Assembly: GCF_009914755.1 (NCBI RefSeq)
Contig: NC_060930.1
Strand: one strand, 5' to 3'
From: the human T2T-CHM13v2.0 reference genome, Homo sapiens
DNA length: 64,000 nt
Every line of letters starts with the position of its first letter. The first letter of the stretch is position 1. This document shows, in pieces, positions 59,421-64,000 of this stretch. Below the pieces are notes generated by a model. That model saw only the letters and a program-made list of their open reading frames with translations. It was not told the DNA's origin and ran no database searches. The translations under genes and the position numbers were made by a program.

Positions 59421-61296
59421 ATTCTTTCTGGAGTCAGTAAAGTCTCCAGGGACGCTCAACCTGAGTTTTGAAGAACAGATACAATTTTGCAAGGTGGCCA
59501 AGAGCATAGAAGAACGTTCTTGTTAGAGGAAACCAGAGTCGGGGGGTTTGGTGCCCTCCCATAATCTCCTCAACACCCTTCAAAGCTACCCTAAATAAGC
59601 ATTCTAAGCATAAATAGCTAGTTTGCTATGTGAAATGTGAACTCCATGTCAAGACAAATCTGTACTGTCCTTTTCAATCCTACATACTAGCTTGAGCTGA
59701 CACTCAGGGAGAGGTGTGGGTTGGGGCTTTGGGGACAAAGGACTGAGTAGTTCTGGAACTACAACAGGGGCAGACAAGACCATAAAGGACTTTGGAGGTC
59801 ATGCTTAAGGACTTAAGCTTTATCTTGTAGGCTGGAGCTTGCAAGCTGGTGGCCATGAGATGACCTTTTTTTTTTTTTTTTTTAAACCCTACGTACTTGT
59901 TTTGTTTAATTCTTATAAAGTTTTAAAAGTCAGTACCTTTCTGGCATCTCTTGGAAAAATCGGAGGGTTTGATGTCACTGGACTCACCATCCTGCCATAA
60001 GCTGGCTCCAGGTTGTAGCTGCTTCCTGGAAACCAGGCACCAGCTTGCCCTTTGTCTCAGTCCCTGCCATTCCCTCAGGCTTCCTGGGATCCTGTCTGGG
60101 CTCTGCAGGGGTCTCAGTCCCTGGAGGCAACAGGGACACACTTATCACTTGTCAGCACAGTCCAACGGTAAGATCTGGGCTGGTAACATGGTGAGGTGAT
60201 TGAATTTGAAAGGAAGGGATGGAAGCAGGGAAACATGTCAGTCAGCCTTAGAGAGGAGAGTCCAGATTCAAGTAAAGTGGGAAACCTGTCCCTCCACTCC
60301 CCACCCGTGCACGTGCAGGTACACTCAGGCACACACTCTGAGTACAGCAAGACTGCTCTCTCTTCTTCAACTCTTTGAGTTCTTAGTTTCTTAAGATTTC
60401 TTTACCCTGTCAAGAATCACTCATGTTTAATTAAGACCACTTTCTTTTGAGAATGGGAGGGAAGTACAAATACCATTTTTTTGTAGGCCTGCTTCTCCCT
60501 TCTGCCCTCACCCTTAGACATGGAGCTGGGTTTTGGCCCAAGGAGAACTTCAAATCTTGGACCATCAATTTTCCGACTCTAAAGGACCCCTCGCAGGATT
60601 AAGCTGCATACTTTTCGAGTATCTCTAGTATTCATCCCCCAAAGAACCAGTGCAATATTCTTCCCCTGCTAAGGAAAAATGGAGAATTGTAGGATGAAGT
60701 GTGTCAGGGGAATAAAAGAGAAGGTACCCTCTGTGGCCCTAGAGCCATGTATAATCCACTGCAAATCCCCTCTCCAAATTACAGTGATTTGTAGTGGAGG
60801 GAAAAAAAAGAAAAAGACTGAATTTCATTCCTGCCTTCAACATTTTCATCCAGTCCACTGTTTGGTGACCCACTTGGAGTGGCTCTTAGTCTCCATTAGT
60901 GCAGCAGGATGGGAGAAGGATTGTACAATGTCAGTCTGTTGCCAGGCAGACGAAAACCAAGTAGTAGTATTTCTCTGGCAAATAATCTAGCCAGTCTTGG
61001 TCTCTATTGCTAGAGCTAATTACACTCACAGGTGCCATGTTACTTATTTAATCATCTTATTCAATGCCACTCTTCAACATTGCACTTTTAAATAAAATAA
61101 GGTTTCTTTGCATGGTCTCAATGATAAATGCCAGTAGAGACAGAAATGAAGATTTGAAATTTCCTGTTGTGTATATGCTCTCCCCTGCTCGGAACATGTA
61201 TGCCTACTAGCAATCAGTTTTCATGCACCAGTTGTGGTGTGCTGAGTGGGCGGCAGAGACTGGGACAGAGGCTCACTCATTGATTCAGCAAACATT

Positions 61297-61740
61297 CTGT
61301 CCTAGAGTGGGTTCTCAGGGAAGCAGATGCTAAGTCAAGGATTCAAGAGCAAGGAGTTTATTGGCACTCTGGAAGTGAAGACAGAAAGGAGGGTGGCCAA
61401 TAAAGGGTGCATTGTTGAATTTGCTACCATTGTGGGAGCTTAATCATACTGGGAAACTTTAAGATCCAGTGTAGAATACATGCCTCAGAGTTATCTCACC
61501 AAGGGGTGAGGAAGCTTGGGTATTTCTACACAAAGTCCCATCAATCACTGGTTGAGGCTGCTCCTAGGGAGCATGACTTTCCTGGAACTTATGCCTTGAT
61601 CCTGAAATAGGCAAAGCAGGCTTTAGTGGCCAGAGAAAGCCCTGGGGCAAGCAGGGGCTGGCAGTTGGAAGTTGGACCAGCTTCAACTAAAGAGATGAGC
61701 ACAAGGGGCTATGGATGGGGCAGTGACAGAATCTGCAACA
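61297..61740 (-). mobile_element. Old ERVL LTR (LTR16-like) inserted in an L2
   Basis: TG...CA termini, 5-bp TSD cattc/tattc, and L2 sequence on both sides. Confidence 0.6.
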
Positions 61741-62043
61741 TATTCTTTGAGGACTTCCTGTGTGCCAGGCACTGTCAGGTCACCATTATAGAGATGGATT
61801 TTGTCTCTGCCTTCATAGAGCTTATAGGTTAGTAGAGGAGATGGACAAGTAACCAGGCAGAGCCCAAAAGATGGGATATTTTTGGATGGTAGGGAAGAGA
61901 AGTGTGTCTCAGCAGGCCTCCTGGAGAAGGTAACACCTAAGCTAGCCCTGAATTAGGAATAGAAATGTTTATAGGTGGCTGGGAGCAGCATGTGCAAAGG
62001 TCCTAAGGAGACTGAGTTTGCAGCAAGTTTAAGAAACTACAAA

Positions 62044-62333
62044 GGCTGGGCACGGTGGCTCACGCCTGTAATCCCAGCACTTTGGGAGGCCAAGGCGGGT
62101 GGATCACGAGGTTAGGAGATCGAGACCATCCTGGCTAACACGGTGAAACCCCGTCTGTACTAAAAATACAAAAAATTAGCCGGGTGTGGTGGCGGGTGCC
62201 TGTAGTCCCAGCTACTCGGGAGGCTGAGGCAAGAGAATGGTGTGAACCCAGGAGGCGGAGCTTGCAGTGAGCCGAGATAGTGCCACTGCAGTCCGGCCTG
62301 GGCGACAGACTGAGACTCCTTCTCAAAAAAAAA
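62044..62333 (+). mobile_element. AluY
   Basis: TSD aagaaactacaaa. Confidence 0.95.
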
Positions 62334-62730
62334 GAAACTACAAAAAATTGATATGCCTGGATTGTAGAATTTAAGAGATTAAAAGAATAAGGGAATAAGG
62401 GTAAGAATAAGGGTGGTTAAAGAATCTGGTGGGGGAGCCAGACAGTGGAGAAGTTGGAAAACTGCTTGGATAGTTCCTAGAGGCATTTCTTTCCCAAGAC
62501 CAATTCTACTTCCAATTAGGATTTCAAGTCCTTAAGTGGTCATCCCTAGCCTCTCCCTACCTGTTTTGATCTTGCACACAACCTTTTCTCTTATACAAAT
62601 TCTAACAGAAGTTTTCACATTTTAAATAGGAAGCCTAATAAAAGTTTACTTGATTTTTGCTGCAGATTAAACTAATATGCAATTGACAAATTATTTCTTT
62701 TCTTGAATTCAGTCACTGGTTCAAGTAGTA

Positions 62731-63107
62731 CAGTTATGTGTTCCTTCATGACGGGGATCTGTTCTGAGAAATGCATCGTTAGTCGATTTCATCATCATCT
62801 GACCATCATAGAGTGTATTTACACAAACTGAGATGGGGTGGCCTCCTACACACCTAGGCTATAAGGTATGGCCTATTGTTCCTCACCTGCAAATCTGGAC
62901 AGCAGGTTAATGTACTGAATACCGTAGGCAATTGTAACACAATGGTAGGGATTTGTTTATCTAAACATATTTAAACACAGGAAAGTACAGTAAATAAATA
63001 ATTTAAAAGATTAAAATTGGTACACTGTATAGGACAGCTCCACTATAATCTTATAAGACCGCCATTGCATATTTGGTCTGCCATAGATGGAAATGTCATT
63101 ATGCAGT
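62731..63107. mobile_element. Tigger3-derived MITE
   Basis: gacggggatctgttctgagaaatgcatcgttag...cacacctaggcta. Confidence 0.78.
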
Positions 63108-63134
63108 TAAGATACTTAACCTAGGCAGTGGGGT

Positions 63135-63420
63135 GTGGCATGCTGTGTTTCCCAAAGATGGTTTCAATGATAGCTCCTAACTCACACTCTTATTACAACA
63201 TGACTTTGACACTCCTTTGAATGAGAGCTGTGCTCTGTATTCCCTCTTCTTGAATTTGGATGGGCTGTGGCTATGATGGTGGTGATACTGTGTGACTTAT
63301 GAGGCTCAGTCATAAAAGGCAAGACTTCCTTTGGTTTTCTAGGGATAACTTGCCTTTGGAGCCCTAAGCCCCCATTTAAGAAGTCTTGAGGCCACCATGC
63401 TATTCCAGGGGCAGAGAGAA
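63135..63420 (+). mobile_element. MLT1-type LTR fragment
   Basis: ccaaagatgg..., tgtgtgacttatgaggc...gtcataaaagg. Confidence 0.55.
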
Positions 63421-63462
63421 CAAGGTCCTGATTCAGGTAAAGCGGATGGGATTAGAGGGTAA

Positions 63463-63640
63463 TGATAGACAGATGCATATGATTGATAGATGTGTATTAT
63501 AGACAGATGACAGATGCATATGATAAATAGGTGATAAATAGATCCAAATGATAGATGAGATAAATGATAAATATGATAGGTATATATTGACAAAGGAAAC
63601 ATACATGATAGGTAGATAGATAGTTAGGTAATAGATAAAG
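63463..63640. repeat. Degenerate (GATA)n
   Basis: Seen directly. Confidence 0.85.
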
Positions 63641-64000
63641 GAGAGAGAGCAAGCAATATTTAACAAGGCCTGAGGGGTCAGGACCAGGAGAGCTTTGACC
63701 ATCAGGATGAAGAGTTTGTTGGTGTCTGTGAAGATTTGTGGCTGAGGTTGTCTGTAACCAGGAAGGAGGTTGCAGGGTTCCAAGATGAGGGAATGAGGTT
63801 CTAGGCTAAAGTGCAGATATTTTCCTTTGGGCAGAGAGAGAAAGGAATCAATTTAAGATACAGCACAGAGGAGGAGGAGGCAGCAATTATTAATGAATAG
63901 ATAACCTACAGTGAAAAGAAAGACAGGAGGAGGCAAAGTTTAGACAGTGAGTTTCAAGAGGAAGAGGCCCTCTAGAAAGAAATGAAAACCCCCTTTCTCT

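Overview
This is a repeat-dense primate (human-like) intergenic or intronic window, and no protein-coding gene can be supported. Nearly every ORF in the track is a remnant of L1, Alu, THE1/MST or ERVL sequence, or a simple repeat. The first 12.7 kb is a nested stack: a THE1 LTR is split by an ERV1-class solo LTR, and that LTR is split at its TATA box by a 10.2-kb L1 composite. The composite consists of an L1 5' part, 2.3 kb of foreign DNA, and a second full-length L1, all bracketed by one target-site duplication (TSD). Inside the foreign DNA is an antisense U2 snRNA 5' fragment fused to an L1 3' end, again within one TSD. Other notable items are a complete THE1/MST element, a young 49-bp VNTR inside MER20, a 52-bp VNTR grown from an Alu monomer, a 185-bp dispersed local duplication, an inverted old L1 piece, and a CpG-rich non-repeat stretch at about 58.3-59.4 kb with a well-formed candidate exon. 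I did not find a new enzymatic or gene system; the best leads are unusual retrotransposition or repair chimeras. Subfamily names come from my recall of consensus sequences and need RepeatMasker/Dfam confirmation.
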